From Nitrosomonas sp. (lineage in GTDB: Bacteria; Pseudomonadota; Gammaproteobacteria; Burkholderiales; Nitrosomonadaceae): a stretch of DNA of 64,000 bases. The notes under the pieces were generated by a model, which worked only from the letters and a program-made list of their open reading frames with translations, searched no databases and was not told the DNA's origin. The stretch is from positions 32,631 to 96,630 of the forward strand of contig JADZAR010000086.1 of assembly GCA_020852475.1 (NCBI GenBank), written 5' to 3'. A program made the position numbers and the translations under genes. Shown piece by piece: positions 28,161 through 38,857 of the stretch. Position 1 is the first letter of the stretch. Each line of letters opens with the position of its first letter.

Positions 28161-29336
28161 TTAGCCTCGTGCACCGAATATCATGCGGCGCGCTACAAAA
28201 CGCTTAATGAATGGCAAGTTATCCAATACGATAAGGCTAGCACCGCATAAGTGCCTGACCAGCGGAATGTCATTGGAAAATAATTTTACAAGTGTATCTG
28301 TAAAAGCACGCCCTCCACTGCTATCGAGACGGCGTTTCTCCCGGAATTGTTTCAGCATGCCCGGCGTGCCGATTTCTTTGTGCTCAGACAAGGTGTCCTG
28401 AATGATTTGCGCCAACTCATAGGCATCTCGCAGCCCCAGATTAAACCCCTGTCCAGCAACGGGATGAAGTGTCTGCGCCGCATTACCCACTAAAGCAATA
28501 CGTTGTGAAATGTTTGATGTAGCGTATTTAAGCACCAATGGAAAACCGGAGCGTTTACCCGTGTGGACGAATTTTCCCAGCCGGTCACCAAAATGATCAT
28601 GCAAACGTTCGAGAAACTGCTCATCAGGTAACATCAAAATTTCTTTTGCCGCCTCAGTGGATGCCGTCCACACCAGGGAGAAATCATCCCCAGATGGTAA
28701 CAAAGCTATAGGACCATCCGATGTAAAACGTTCATATGCAATACCGGTTTGCCGCGTTTCGGCTTGAATATTCGCAGTGATTGCCCACTGATCATATTCT
28801 GCAGTCTGATAACTGATATCTTCGATCAAATTACCCAAGCGACCACCATCTGCCAGAATTAACAATTTAGCCGAGATTTTTTTTTCGGTGCCATCACTTT
28901 GCGTATAGCTCAAGTATCCAAGCTGCTCATCAGTTGAAAATGTATTGACGATAGCGCCTGTTTGATAGTCTGTCTGCGTTTCCAAAGTGGTTTCAAACAA
29001 TGCATGGAATAAATCAAAGTAGTTAACAACATGACCCAGTGCGTTAACATCCGCATCCTGTGTTCTAAGTACCGTGCGTCCAAGGTAACCTTTGTTTGAG
29101 ATATGAATGGTGTTGATCAGCGTCGACCTTGATAGCTTCCGCCAGGCCCCCAATCGATTAAGAATCAGGTAACTACCGTGCGACAAAGCCAAAGGCCTGA
29201 TATCGTCAACTTTTTCCGGTAAACCACGCGCCTCCAGGAGTAGAATGGATACGCCGCTCAGCCGAAGCGCCAACGCCAGCGCCATACCGACGGGTCCACC
29301 CCCTATAATTGCTATATCGTAATTCTTATCACTCAT
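28161..29336 (-). CDS. FAD-dependent ubiquinone-biosynthesis hydroxylase (UbiH/UbiF/UbiI/COQ6 family)
   Basis: It has the FAD fold motif DIAIIGGGPVGMALALAL and the motif GNAAQTLHPVAGQGFNLGLRD. The paralogue cannot be assigned by eye. Confidence 0.85.
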   Translation of the reverse strand: MSDKNYDIAIIGGGPVGMALALALRLSGVSILLLEARGLPEKVDDIRPLALSHGSYLILNRLGAWRKLSRSTLINTIHISNKGYLGRTVLRTQDADVNALGHVVNYFDLFHALFETTLETQTDYQTGAIVNTFSTDEQLGYLSYTQSDGTEKKISAKLLILADGGRLGNLIEDISYQTAEYDQWAITANIQAETRQTGIAYERFTSDGPIALLPSGDDFSLVWTASTEAAKEILMLPDEQFLERLHDHFGDRLGKFVHTGKRSGFPLVLKYATSNISQRIALVGNAAQTLHPVAGQGFNLGLRDAYELAQIIQDTLSEHKEIGTPGMLKQFREKRRLDSSGGRAFTDTLVKLFSNDIPLVRHLCGASLIVLDNLPFIKRFVARRMIFGARG

Positions 29337-29696
29337 TAATTTTCTTTGATAGAATCTCGGAATTCTCTGTTAGATGCTGATGTCTTGCAGTATATCCCGA
29401 AACAAACTGCAGCAGGCTGAGTATATCGAATTAAACGCATCATGCAGATACGAATCTGATGATTATAACGCAGTTGGATTTTATCGATTGCAGAGTGCCT
29501 TAATCACATCAGATTCAGATATCTTATCCACAGAAAGCGCATGAGCTTGATCCGTTTCCACATCGTCCTGGAACGGAAAACATACTGAATACTCAGAAAT
29601 ATTTCTTTCTTCGCTAGATAGCTAAACGTATCAAAAAACTGTCTTAGGGCAAGCTACAGATGATCGGTTTTAAAATTTATTGGGAGAACACTGAAA

Positions 29697-30479
29697 ATGT
29701 CTAATTTTCGAATAAAAATAAATTGCTTCAAAGCAGCAAGCCACCTTGGATATTTGCTTGTTTTGCTTTTCTGGGTGACCGTTGTTCACGCGGAAGATCT
29801 TGAAAAAATAGATGATCAATTGATAACTGCCGCAGAAAAGGGCAATTTACCAATGGTTAGAAGGATACTCGAAACAGAACATGCATTACCTCCCGCAACG
29901 ATCAATGCCGCATTGTTTGCAGGCATCAAGAAAGGCAGCAAACCAATAGTAAAATTGCTGTTGGGTAGAGGCGGCGATGCAAATTTTCGTGGAGATAACG
30001 GCTACACCATAATGATTCAGGCAGCCCGTGACGGTCGCGCGAATCTGGTCGAGCTATTGCTCTCGCTGGGCGCGGAAGTTAATGCTACAGCCAGTGAAAC
30101 AAACGAAACAGCGCTTATTCTTGCAGCCAAGCGAGACCGGAGAGAAGTCATGGATTTACTGATATCAGCGCATGCTGACTTGGAAGCCAGAAGAGCTGAC
30201 GGAATGACAGCATTAATGCTTGCGGCGCGCGGCGGCCATCAAATGGCTGCACACAAATTAATCGAAGCAGGCGCCGCTGTCAATGTTCAGCTCGAACATG
30301 GCGCGACACCGCTGATGCTTGCCGCACAACACGGTCATTTAAGCGTTGTTTACGTGTTGCTGGCGGCCAATGCGGATCCGAATATCAAAGCCAGCAACGG
30401 CGCTACGGCACTAACACTTGCCAATGCATACCGTCATGGCGAAGTGGCGGAAATGCTGAAAAAAGCGGGCGCACGCTAA
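29697..30479 (+). CDS. Secreted ankyrin-repeat protein
   Basis: A signal peptide ends at ...VVHA-EDLEK. It is followed by about 6 ANK repeats, for example GYTIMIQAARDGRANLVELLLSLGAEVN and GATPLMLAAQHGHLSVVYVLLAANADPN. Confidence 0.85.
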   Translation: MSNFRIKINCFKAASHLGYLLVLLFWVTVVHAEDLEKIDDQLITAAEKGNLPMVRRILETEHALPPATINAALFAGIKKGSKPIVKLLLGRGGDANFRGDNGYTIMIQAARDGRANLVELLLSLGAEVNATASETNETALILAAKRDRREVMDLLISAHADLEARRADGMTALMLAARGGHQMAAHKLIEAGAAVNVQLEHGATPLMLAAQHGHLSVVYVLLAANADPNIKASNGATALTLANAYRHGEVAEMLKKAGAR

Positions 30480-30595
30480 CCAAAAATAAGAAAAACTTTC
30501 CTGTAATCTGCCCGAGGTCTTGAAAAAAGTTTATATTGAAGATATACAAATTCGCCTTATAATCCATTCACTCAATTTAAAGGAATAGATCACCA

Positions 30596-31276
30596 ATGAA
30601 AGTACGAACTGCCTTATTGCTCGCTGCGTCACTCATAGTAGCGTCAGGATGCGGCGAAGATACATCGAGTAATAATACAGTAACAGATTCGTCGTCACAG
30701 ACAATGAATGAAGTCACGCGCGTCGATGAACTACCCGCCTTCTTGAGTGAAGGAATGACAGCGGAGGAAATAGCTGAGCTCAAAGAGCAGATACTACCTG
30801 GAAACACCGATGAAGGTCCGACACCAGGAGAAAAATTTCAGACGCTACTTGCAAAAGCAAAAGATGGTGATCCTGAGGCTCAAACAAATCTGGGCGTAAT
30901 GTACTACACCGGTGAAGCCGTATCCAAGACAGTAACAGGACATGTGCTCGACAATGATCCCGAATTGGCCGCTGGCTGGTTTTATCGTGCGGCTGAACAA
31001 GGCTATGCTGACGCGCAGTTTAATCTCGGATTACTGTATGCAAACGGGGAAGGCGTTCCTCAGGATATGGCCGAGGCTGTGGAGTTATTCAAGAAGGCAG
31101 CTGAGCAAGGCCACGTCGATGCACAGAACAACCTGGGCGCTCTCTATTTTACCGGCGAAGGTGTTGACCGGGATGAGCAGAAGGCTATTGAATGGTTTGA
31201 AAAAGCCGCTGCGCAAGGTAATGAAGAAGCCATTGCCAATCTTAAGGCGATCCGCGCAGCACAGCAAGCGCAGTAG
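30596..31276 (+). CDS. Sel1-like (SLR/TPR) repeat lipoprotein
   Basis: The lipobox is LIVASGC. There are three or more Sel1 repeats, for example AQFNLGLLYANGEGVPQDMAEAVELFKKAAEQGHVDAQNNLGALYFTGEGV. Confidence 0.85.
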   Translation: MKVRTALLLAASLIVASGCGEDTSSNNTVTDSSSQTMNEVTRVDELPAFLSEGMTAEEIAELKEQILPGNTDEGPTPGEKFQTLLAKAKDGDPEAQTNLGVMYYTGEAVSKTVTGHVLDNDPELAAGWFYRAAEQGYADAQFNLGLLYANGEGVPQDMAEAVELFKKAAEQGHVDAQNNLGALYFTGEGVDRDEQKAIEWFEKAAAQGNEEAIANLKAIRAAQQAQ

Positions 31277-31292
31277 TTTTCACCTCTGGACA

Positions 31293-31937
31293 CTAATCAC
31301 AAGGACTATAATCAGTTAATGTTGCATTTCCCTCGCCCCATCGCGGCACCAGCTGATGCTCAATCCGAAGATGATCAAGAACTCTTGCCACAATAAAATC
31401 GATGACCTGCTGCAGCGTTTCCGGCCGATGGTAAAAGCCTGGATTGGCCGGCATAATGACAACACCGATTCTGGACAATTTAAGCATATTTTCCAGATGA
31501 ATCGTTGAAAATGGCGTTTCACGCGGGACCAGAATAAGTTGCCGTTGTTCTTTCAGCATAACATCGGCAGCTCTTTCGATTAAATTCTGACTCATTCCAG
31601 ACGCAATTGCGGCGAGTGTATTCATGGTACATGGGCATACAACCATGGCATCGGCTCGATTTGTACCGGAAGCAACAGGTGAAAACCAGGCTTCGCGCCC
31701 GAAAACCTGCAATTGTCCCGCAGGAATTCCGAAAAACTGATTGAAAAATGATTCCGCATCTCTCGAATGCGAGGGTAGCGATAGATTGAGTTCCTGTTGT
31801 GCCACGATTCGGGCAGCCTTGGAATAAAGCAAATAGACATGCTGATTAGCACGCAACAGCATTTCCAACAACCGTATACCGTAAGGCATGCCGGACGCAC
31901 CAGTGAGTGCCAGCGTGATTGTCCTTGTTTTATTCAT
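31293..31937 (-). CDS. ubiX: Flavin prenyltransferase UbiX
   Basis: The sequence begins [25 protein letters not shown]. The start is set at the internal Met; the track extension overlaps hprK. Confidence 0.9.
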   Translation of the reverse strand: MNKTRTITLALTGASGMPYGIRLLEMLLRANQHVYLLYSKAARIVAQQELNLSLPSHSRDAESFFNQFFGIPAGQLQVFGREAWFSPVASGTNRADAMVVCPCTMNTLAAIASGMSQNLIERAADVMLKEQRQLILVPRETPFSTIHLENMLKLSRIGVVIMPANPGFYHRPETLQQVIDFIVARVLDHLRIEHQLVPRWGEGNATLTDYSPCD

Positions 31938-31998
31938 TAGACCGATGCAATGGTCTGGTAGTATGTATGATGATGCATTAGCTTGCTTTTGCGTTGAG

Positions 31999-32964
31999 TC
32001 ACTGTTCTTTTCCAGGCAAATCCATGGACTGATTTCCCATGACTTGCTCGTGTCGCTCGATAAATTCTTTTGTACTATCAATGCCGCGCAGCTGAAGGAC
32101 ATAATTGCGCACCGCAGCTTCAACCAGCACAGCCAGATTGCGACCAGCAGCAACTGGAATAATAACTTTCGGTATGTCGACATTCATGATCGTTTCCGTC
32201 AGATTACTGATCGGGAGCCGTTCCAGTTGTCTGGTTTCTGCTGGTGTTGTGTTCTGCAAATGAACAATCAATTTCATATTTTTATAGCGACGAACGGCGG
32301 TTTCACCAAAAATAGTCCGAATATTCAACATGCCCAAACCACGTACTTCAAGATAATCGCGAAGAATTGGCGGACATCGTCCTTCAAGGGTTTCAGGCGC
32401 GATACGACGTAATTCAACGACATCATCGGCAACCAGTCCATGTCCTCTACTGATGAGCTCCAATGCAAGTTCGCTTTTGCCGACACCACTTTCTCCGGTA
32501 ATCATCACACCCATGCCCAGAACGTCGAGAAGCACGCCATGCAAAGAACAGGACGGCGCCAGAACACGTCCGAGATGAGACCGTAATAACCAGATAACCT
32601 CGACACTGGTAAAAGGCGAACACAGCAGCGGCGTGTGCGTTTCATCCGCCATAACACGAAGCGCGTCAGGTGCTTTAGCGTCATCAGCCACGATAAGACA
32701 GGCAAGATTACTTTGCTTGAGTGATTCAAGATTTTTCTCGAGAACTTCTTTACTCAGATTATTGAGGTAATTGACTTCATTACTGCTGAGTACCTGTATC
32801 CAGTTCGGGTGAATAAAATTAAGATGACCGATCATACCCTGATTGGATTGCGCAATGCGATCATTACTCAGTATCTTATTTTGATTATCATGACCGGCGA
32901 CCCAGGTAAGTTTGAGTTTCTCCTTTTTGTAATCGAAAAGTTCTGTAATACTAATTTGAGACAT
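31999..32964 (-). CDS. hprK: HPr kinase/phosphorylase
   Basis: The P-loop is GESGVGKSE. It also has LVADD and [12 protein letters not shown]. The gene overlaps the ptsN stop by 14 nt. Confidence 0.9.
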   Translation of the reverse strand: MSQISITELFDYKKEKLKLTWVAGHDNQNKILSNDRIAQSNQGMIGHLNFIHPNWIQVLSSNEVNYLNNLSKEVLEKNLESLKQSNLACLIVADDAKAPDALRVMADETHTPLLCSPFTSVEVIWLLRSHLGRVLAPSCSLHGVLLDVLGMGVMITGESGVGKSELALELISRGHGLVADDVVELRRIAPETLEGRCPPILRDYLEVRGLGMLNIRTIFGETAVRRYKNMKLIVHLQNTTPAETRQLERLPISNLTETIMNVDIPKVIIPVAAGRNLAVLVEAAVRNYVLQLRGIDSTKEFIERHEQVMGNQSMDLPGKEQ

Positions 32965-33418
32965 TGGGTACCCAGTCTGTAATCAACTGATGGATTTCTT
33001 TGGCATCTTTGCTATTCAGAATACTTTCCCGAAACTTTTTATCGCTGAACATTTGCGCCAGCTCGCTCAGAATCTGCAAATGCTGATCGGTGGCTTTTTC
33101 CGGAACCAGCAATATACAGGCTATATTGACCGGCTTCCCATCGGGAGCATCAAAAGGAATAGCCTCTTTCATTCTAACCAGGGCTGCGACGGCTTCACGC
33201 AGCCCCTTTATACGTCCGTGAGGAATCGCAACGCCTTGCCCCAAACCGGTTGACCCCAGTTTTTCCCGTGCAAACAAACTGTCAAAGACCTGGTTTCGGG
33301 CAATTTGAAATGTATTCTCAAATAATAAACCAGCCTGTTCAAATACACGTTTTTTGCTTGCAACGTCAAGATCAATGATGACATTCGACGGCGGCAATAG
33401 TTGTGAAATGTGATTCAT
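32951..33418 (-). CDS. ptsN: PTS-Ntr EIIA (nitrogen regulatory protein PtsN)
   Basis: The phosphorylation-site motif is GVAIPHGR. The protein is 155 aa and lies downstream of rpoN-hpf. Confidence 0.9.
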   Translation of the reverse strand: MNHISQLLPPSNVIIDLDVASKKRVFEQAGLLFENTFQIARNQVFDSLFAREKLGSTGLGQGVAIPHGRIKGLREAVAALVRMKEAIPFDAPDGKPVNIACILLVPEKATDQHLQILSELAQMFSDKKFRESILNSKDAKEIHQLITDWVPNVSN

Positions 33419-33469
33419 AATAAAACTTTAAAATTGTAAAATCCGATCGGAGGAAAACCTTTGGTAGAA

Positions 33470-33793
33470 TTATTCAGGTTCCTGATCCTTTAAAGAACCG
33501 TGATTTCTTTTCTCCAGATTTTTTTCTTTATGTTTGAGAACTTGACGATCCAGTTTGTCAACCAGACTGTCGATTGATGCGTACATATCGGTGCCATCTG
33601 CTTCAACAAAAATATCCTTTCCACGCACATGCAAATTCGCTTCCGCTTTTTGTTTATGTTTCTCAACGGACAGAATCACATTTACATCAATAACATGGTC
33701 AAAGTGACGCGTGATTTTACTGATTTTTGAAGTGACATAATCACGCATTGCTGGTGTTACTTCGACATGATTACCTGTAAGTTTTAGATTCAT
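33470..33793 (-). CDS. hpf: Ribosome hibernation promoting factor (sigma-54 modulation protein family)
   Basis: The sequence begins MNLKLTGNHVEVTPAMRDYV. The protein is 107 aa and lies directly after rpoN. Confidence 0.9.
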   Translation of the reverse strand: MNLKLTGNHVEVTPAMRDYVTSKISKITRHFDHVIDVNVILSVEKHKQKAEANLHVRGKDIFVEADGTDMYASIDSLVDKLDRQVLKHKEKNLEKRNHGSLKDQEPE

Positions 33794-33812
33794 ATTTATT
33801 CCTTTGTTTTGG

Positions 33813-35255
33813 TTATAAAGATTTGCGTAGATTTGCTGGAGGTATTTGTAACGATTCGCGGTATTTGGCTATTGTCCTACGTGCAACGACAATACCCTGT
33901 TCTTCCATGAGGCTGGCAATCTTATTGTCACTTAGCGGCTTTCTGGGGTTTTCTTTTTGAACAAGCTGCTTGATTAACGCACGGATAGCGGTTGCCGAAC
34001 AAGCGCCGCCTGCATCCGTGGTGACATGGCTGCCAAAAAAATATTTAAGCTCGAAAATGCCACGCGGCGTATGCATGAATTTTTGTGTAGTAACACGTGA
34101 AATAGTTGATTCATGCAAACCAACGGACTCGGCTATTTCACGTAACACCAAAGGCCGCATGGCAATCTCACCATGCTCAAAAAATTGCTGCTGCCGTTCA
34201 ACGATAGCGTTAGATACATTAAGTATGGTGCTGGCGCGTTGCTGAAGATTCTTAATCAACCATTTGGCTTCGTTGAGCTGGTTGGATAATTCATGTGATG
34301 TCTCTTCACCTTTCTGACCAAGTATGTTCGCGTAGAAACGGTTGATATTGAGACGCGGCATCGCATCTCTATTTAGATTCGCCGTCCAGATGCCATTCGT
34401 TTTGTTCACGATGACGTCTGGTATAACATAACGCGTACTTGAGGCAGAAAAATCCGCTCCCGGACGCGGATTCAGGTTTACTATTAATTTCTGTACTGCG
34501 CGCAGAGTGTAATCGTCACATTTCAGAATCCGCTTGATAACAACGTAATCGTGAGAAGCCAGCACATTGAGATGTCGTGCAACAACTTTTATCGCGAGCT
34601 CACGATGCGGAGTATCGTATGGCATTGACTTTAACTGCAATAAAAGACATTCCTTCAGATCGCGTGCACCCACGCCCGGTGGGTCAAGCTGTTGCAGGAT
34701 AGAGAGCGCATGATTCAGGTCCTCGCTGGTAAGGCCCAATTCTTCTGGCAGCAGTTCAAGCAATTCTTCGAGATCTTGTGTCAAATAGCCATCATCGTTC
34801 AAACTGTCAACAAGCACACCGATAATTTTTTTTTCTTTCTCGATTATCTGACTCAGACTGATTTGCTGAGTGAGATGTATTCTTAAACTCAGGGGATCCA
34901 TAGCCAATTGCGGGATCTCGTGCTCTTCGTCCTGTGCCTGTGCATCATAAGCAGAAGAAAATCCGGCTTCCTGATACCAGTCAATATTATTGTTTGTATC
35001 AATCTGGAACGCGCTGTCATCGTTCATTACCAGATCCGGCTCCGTTTCACCCTTAATCGACTCTTCGGATCTTGGCATATCATGAGCTTTCACATTCCAG
35101 TGATCGTCCAGCTCCAGCAATGGATTTTCCTGAATAATACGTTCTATTTCTTGATTGAGTTCAATTGACGAGAGTTGCAACAATCGAATCGACTGCTGCA
35201 ATTGCGGCGTGAGATTAAGTTGCTGCGCTAATTTTAACTGGAGCGTTGGTTTCAT
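33813..35255 (-). CDS. rpoN: RNA polymerase sigma-54 factor
   Basis: The N-terminus has LQLKLAQQLNLTPQLQQSIRLLQ and the C-terminus has the RpoN box ARRTIAKYRESL. Confidence 0.95.
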   Translation of the reverse strand: MKPTLQLKLAQQLNLTPQLQQSIRLLQLSSIELNQEIERIIQENPLLELDDHWNVKAHDMPRSEESIKGETEPDLVMNDDSAFQIDTNNNIDWYQEAGFSSAYDAQAQDEEHEIPQLAMDPLSLRIHLTQQISLSQIIEKEKKIIGVLVDSLNDDGYLTQDLEELLELLPEELGLTSEDLNHALSILQQLDPPGVGARDLKECLLLQLKSMPYDTPHRELAIKVVARHLNVLASHDYVVIKRILKCDDYTLRAVQKLIVNLNPRPGADFSASSTRYVIPDVIVNKTNGIWTANLNRDAMPRLNINRFYANILGQKGEETSHELSNQLNEAKWLIKNLQQRASTILNVSNAIVERQQQFFEHGEIAMRPLVLREIAESVGLHESTISRVTTQKFMHTPRGIFELKYFFGSHVTTDAGGACSATAIRALIKQLVQKENPRKPLSDNKIASLMEEQGIVVARRTIAKYRESLQIPPANLRKSL

Positions 35256-35309
35256 CGTCTCAAGAAACAGCGAAATAGTTGTTTAAAGCAAAAAACTCAA
35301 TTCTACTTT

Positions 35310-36032
35310 TTACAACTGAAAATGCTCCCCCAAATAAACCTTCCTGACGTGCTCATTATAAATGATTTCATCAGGCTTGCCTTGTGCTAATACCACGCCA
35401 TCACTGATAATATAGGCACGATCGCAGATACCCAGCGTTTCACGGACATTATGATCGGTAATCAAAACACCGATATTTCTTTCTTTCAGAAATTTAATCA
35501 CGCGCTGAATATCCATGACGGCAATCGGATCAACGCCTGCAAAAGGTTCATCCAGCAATATAAAATGGGGTCGTGAGGCCAGCGCACGTGCAATTTCAAC
35601 GCGTCGACGTTCCCCGCCGGACAAGCTAATCGCAGGATTGCTACGCAAGTGACTGATCTGCAAATCATGCAACAAGTTGTCTAGCTGCTGTTGTAGTTGG
35701 TTGGCGTCCTTGCAGTGCAACTCAAGTATGGCGAGTATGTTATCTTCAACGGACAGTCGCCTGAAAATAGAGGCTTCCTGCGGCAGGTAACTTAAGCCCA
35801 TTTGCGCTCTTTGATGCATGGGTAATCGGCTTAAATCATGATCATCCATAAAGATGCCACCCTGATCGACAGGAACCAAACCAACAACCATGTAGAAACA
35901 AGTTGTTTTACCGGCGCCATTAGGACCGAGCAGTCCAATCACTTCCCCGCTGTTTAATGCAAAAGAAACATCATGAATAACTGTGCGTGATTTATAACGT
36001 TTTTTTAAGTTTTCGGCTTTTAAAATACTCAT
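35310..36032 (-). CDS. lptB: LPS export ABC transporter ATP-binding protein LptB
   Basis: The sequence begins [16 protein letters not shown]. Walker A is GPNGAGKTT, the signature is [10 protein letters not shown] and Walker B is ILLDEP. The start is set at the internal Met, 7 nt after the lptA stop. Confidence 0.95.
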   Translation of the reverse strand: MSILKAENLKKRYKSRTVIHDVSFALNSGEVIGLLGPNGAGKTTCFYMVVGLVPVDQGGIFMDDHDLSRLPMHQRAQMGLSYLPQEASIFRRLSVEDNILAILELHCKDANQLQQQLDNLLHDLQISHLRSNPAISLSGGERRRVEIARALASRPHFILLDEPFAGVDPIAVMDIQRVIKFLKERNIGVLITDHNVRETLGICDRAYIISDGVVLAQGKPDEIIYNEHVRKVYLGEHFQL

Positions 36033-36039
36033 AAAAGCA

Positions 36040-36603
36040 TTATTCGGTATCAGATGCACCAGATACCGGGCTATTCGATTTGTTTTTGGGTTGAAGAATA
36101 ATTCTGACACGATTGTCAGCACCTGTCTCAACGCCGCGTTCATTACTGCCAATAACCTGAAAGAATTCGCTGTTCATGTTGTAAGAAATATAATCACCCT
36201 TTACTTCGTCCTCACCGCGCTTCAATCGCGCCTGTCGAAATAATTCAATTTTGTCCGATTTGTTATCGTATTCGACACGTTTACTCCATCCTTCAATATA
36301 CTCATCAACGCCATCGCGTTTTTGACGGAAGGTTACCAGATCACCTGTTGCGGTGGCATAACGAAAACCACTAATATCTTCTTTTAATACCACTTTGTCT
36401 GCAGTTATACGCAACGTGCCTTGCGTCAGAATAACATTACCGGTAAAAATACTGACGCGCATTGAATCTTTTCTTTTGACGTCTTCGACCGTTGCACGAT
36501 CGGCTTCAAGATAAACGGGTTTGTCGCGATCAGCACGCTCGGCAGTAGCATCACCAATAATGAAAGCAAAAAGCGAAACTAAAATAAAGTAAGAATGCTT
36601 CAT
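36040..36603 (-). CDS. lptA: LPS transport periplasmic protein LptA
   Basis: It has a signal peptide and an OstA-like body ([13 protein letters not shown]...[17 protein letters not shown]). The position between lptC and lptB is as expected. Confidence 0.85.
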   Translation of the reverse strand: MKHSYFILVSLFAFIIGDATAERADRDKPVYLEADRATVEDVKRKDSMRVSIFTGNVILTQGTLRITADKVVLKEDISGFRYATATGDLVTFRQKRDGVDEYIEGWSKRVEYDNKSDKIELFRQARLKRGEDEVKGDYISYNMNSEFFQVIGSNERGVETGADNRVRIILQPKNKSNSPVSGASDTE

Positions 36604-37169
36604 GGCTTTTGGTCTACCGCTCGTACACGTGACAAAAGCTCTACTATTCCCGTTTGATTATTCAATTCCAGTCCAACAGCATGTATGGTCGTGTTAAGTC
36701 TCGATATCATGACTGATTTATCGGTTTTTACTTTATTTTCACTAGGTAGGAGATGCAGTTTATCCGTCTTTAATGTAATTTTGTCCTTGTCTCCATCTAA
36801 CCCTCGTATCACCGTGACATTTCCGTTCAGAAAAATATCTTCACCATGATTACGTAGCTCGGCATGATCGGCAAACACTCTAAATGGGGGCTTGCCGACC
36901 TCGGAGTTAATAAACTGTATGCTTTCCAATTGTGTGAGATCCTGGTTGATATAATGAAATGTTTTATTTGCGTAGAAAACGCGGCGAATATTTTTTTCAT
37001 GCTCTACCCGTAATCCCGAAGTACGCTCAATGACATAATCCGGCTGCTGATAAAAGTCAAGTTCGGGCGCCATAGACAAAGGTTGAGTTACTTTATCCAG
37101 CCAAACCGTCAACGCAAAAAGCCCAGCCAGTAAAATAAATGTAAAACTGAAGTATGAACGGTGAATCAT
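36600..37169 (-). CDS. lptC: LPS export system protein LptC
   Basis: It has a single N-terminal TM segment. The protein is 189 aa. The gene overlaps the lptA start by 4 nt. Confidence 0.75.
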   Translation of the reverse strand: MIHRSYFSFTFILLAGLFALTVWLDKVTQPLSMAPELDFYQQPDYVIERTSGLRVEHEKNIRRVFYANKTFHYINQDLTQLESIQFINSEVGKPPFRVFADHAELRNHGEDIFLNGNVTVIRGLDGDKDKITLKTDKLHLLPSENKVKTDKSVMISRLNTTIHAVGLELNNQTGIVELLSRVRAVDQKP

Positions 37170-37586
37170 CAGGTATTATATTGTTTGCACTTTTTTACGC
37201 TTGTTGATTTGTTGTTAAGGTAAGGCACGCATCATTCATGCTTAAAATATTGGCATCTCAATTTTGCGCAAAAGATGATTCAATCGCAAGATCGCAAGAC
37301 TCTCGGCTCCAATTCCAATGAAAAGCGGACACCTTAGTACAATGATCTGCTGTATTTTAAAATACATCGTTTCAACATTAAATTATAACAGAACTTACTT
37401 CATCAATAACACGTCCATAATATATTGTTCCTTGATGTAGCCTCTGTTTAATATGAAGAATTTAGCACTAACACTCCTTGATATTTTATTGGCTTAACAG
37501 TCTCGGTATTTTTTGCGAATACACAATATGAACAACAGCCGTGAAATCATTCTGATTAAACTTTTAAATGAAAAGAGATAATTGCA

Positions 37587-38687
37587 ATGCGAATAGAAAC
37601 AATAGATTTTGAAAATTTCAACCATATACAAGACGAAGCTTGCGTAGAACGTATACATTCAGCAAAACACGTTTTGGGAAATCGCGCTGTTATTTTGGCA
37701 CATCACTATCAGCGCGCGGATGTCTATCGTCATGCCGACTTGACTGGCGATTCGCTGAAGCTTGCTTTTCAGGCGTCACAAACAAACGCGGACTATCTCG
37801 TGTTTTGTGGTGTGCATTTTATGGCTGAGGTGGCTGATATTTTATCCAGCAACGAACAAACCGTTATTCTGCCCGATATGGCAGCAGGTTGCTCAATGGC
37901 CGACATGGCTAGTCTGGCTAAGGTTGAACGCGCCTGGCGCGAGTTAAGTGAAATACTTCAACCGGACGAAATTGTGACGCCGATTACTTACATCAATTCT
38001 GCAGCGGATATCAAGGCATTTTGCGGTGAGCATGGTGGCATTGTCTGCACGTCGAGTAACGCTGGAAAAATTCTCGAATGGTCATTTCGCCAGCGTGAGA
38101 AAGTTCTGTTTCTACCAGATCAGCATCTTGGACGTTGGAGCGGCTATCAACGTGGCATACCGCTGGAAGAAATGGTGATTTGGGATTTTGACGAACCGAT
38201 GGGTGGATTAACACCTGAACAGATCAAAAAAGCCAAAATTCTGTTGTGGAAGGGTCATTGTTCAGTGCATCAGATGTTTCAGCCACAGCATATCACTCGC
38301 TTTCGCAACAAATATCCCGAAGGCATCGTCATATCACACCCTGAATGCAGTTTTGAAGTTTGCAGTAATTCCGATTACGTAGGCTCAACCGAGTATATTA
38401 TCCGAACCATCGCAGAGGCTGATGAAGGCACGCGCTGGCTGGTTGGAACGGAACTTAATCTGGTCAGCCGAATAGCAGAGGAATTCAAATCGCAAGGAAA
38501 ATTCGTACATTTTATGTCACCCCTCGTATGTATGTGCTCAACTATGGCTCGCATTGATCCACAACATTTAGCCTGGGCGATGGAAAATCTTGCCGGTGGT
38601 ACAATTGTCAATCGTATTCACGTCCCAGCACATGAGGCAGCACTTGCAAAGCTCGCACTGGATAGAATGCTTGATATTTCAAAGTAG
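37587..38687 (+). CDS. nadA: Quinolinate synthase NadA
   Basis: It contains VILAHHYQRADV, FCGVHFMAE and several conserved Cys residues. The protein is 366 aa. Confidence 0.9.
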   Translation: MRIETIDFENFNHIQDEACVERIHSAKHVLGNRAVILAHHYQRADVYRHADLTGDSLKLAFQASQTNADYLVFCGVHFMAEVADILSSNEQTVILPDMAAGCSMADMASLAKVERAWRELSEILQPDEIVTPITYINSAADIKAFCGEHGGIVCTSSNAGKILEWSFRQREKVLFLPDQHLGRWSGYQRGIPLEEMVIWDFDEPMGGLTPEQIKKAKILLWKGHCSVHQMFQPQHITRFRNKYPEGIVISHPECSFEVCSNSDYVGSTEYIIRTIAEADEGTRWLVGTELNLVSRIAEEFKSQGKFVHFMSPLVCMCSTMARIDPQHLAWAMENLAGGTIVNRIHVPAHEAALAKLALDRMLDISK

Positions 38688-38857
38688 CCTCTGGCACTGT
38701 ATTGATTACTGCAATCTCGGCATACTGACTTACATGAAAACTTAGCCAATTCAGACATTGTCAAATGCGGCGTGAATTGGTCACGTCACAAGAACCAAGC
38801 AGGCCAATCAGTAAAGAAAATCCTCCAATAAATTAGAAGATTGTCCGGTTCCATTAG

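Noticed and set aside
31888-32412. A 174-aa plus-strand ORF across the ubiX/hprK junction
   Set aside because: It is antisense to two strongly supported genes and has no motifs.
38692-38707. A sigma-54-like -24/-12 element TGGCAC-N5-TTGA just after the nadA stop
   Set aside because: The -12 element is TTGA rather than TTGC, and there is no downstream plus-strand gene because rlpA converges here. It is most likely a chance match.
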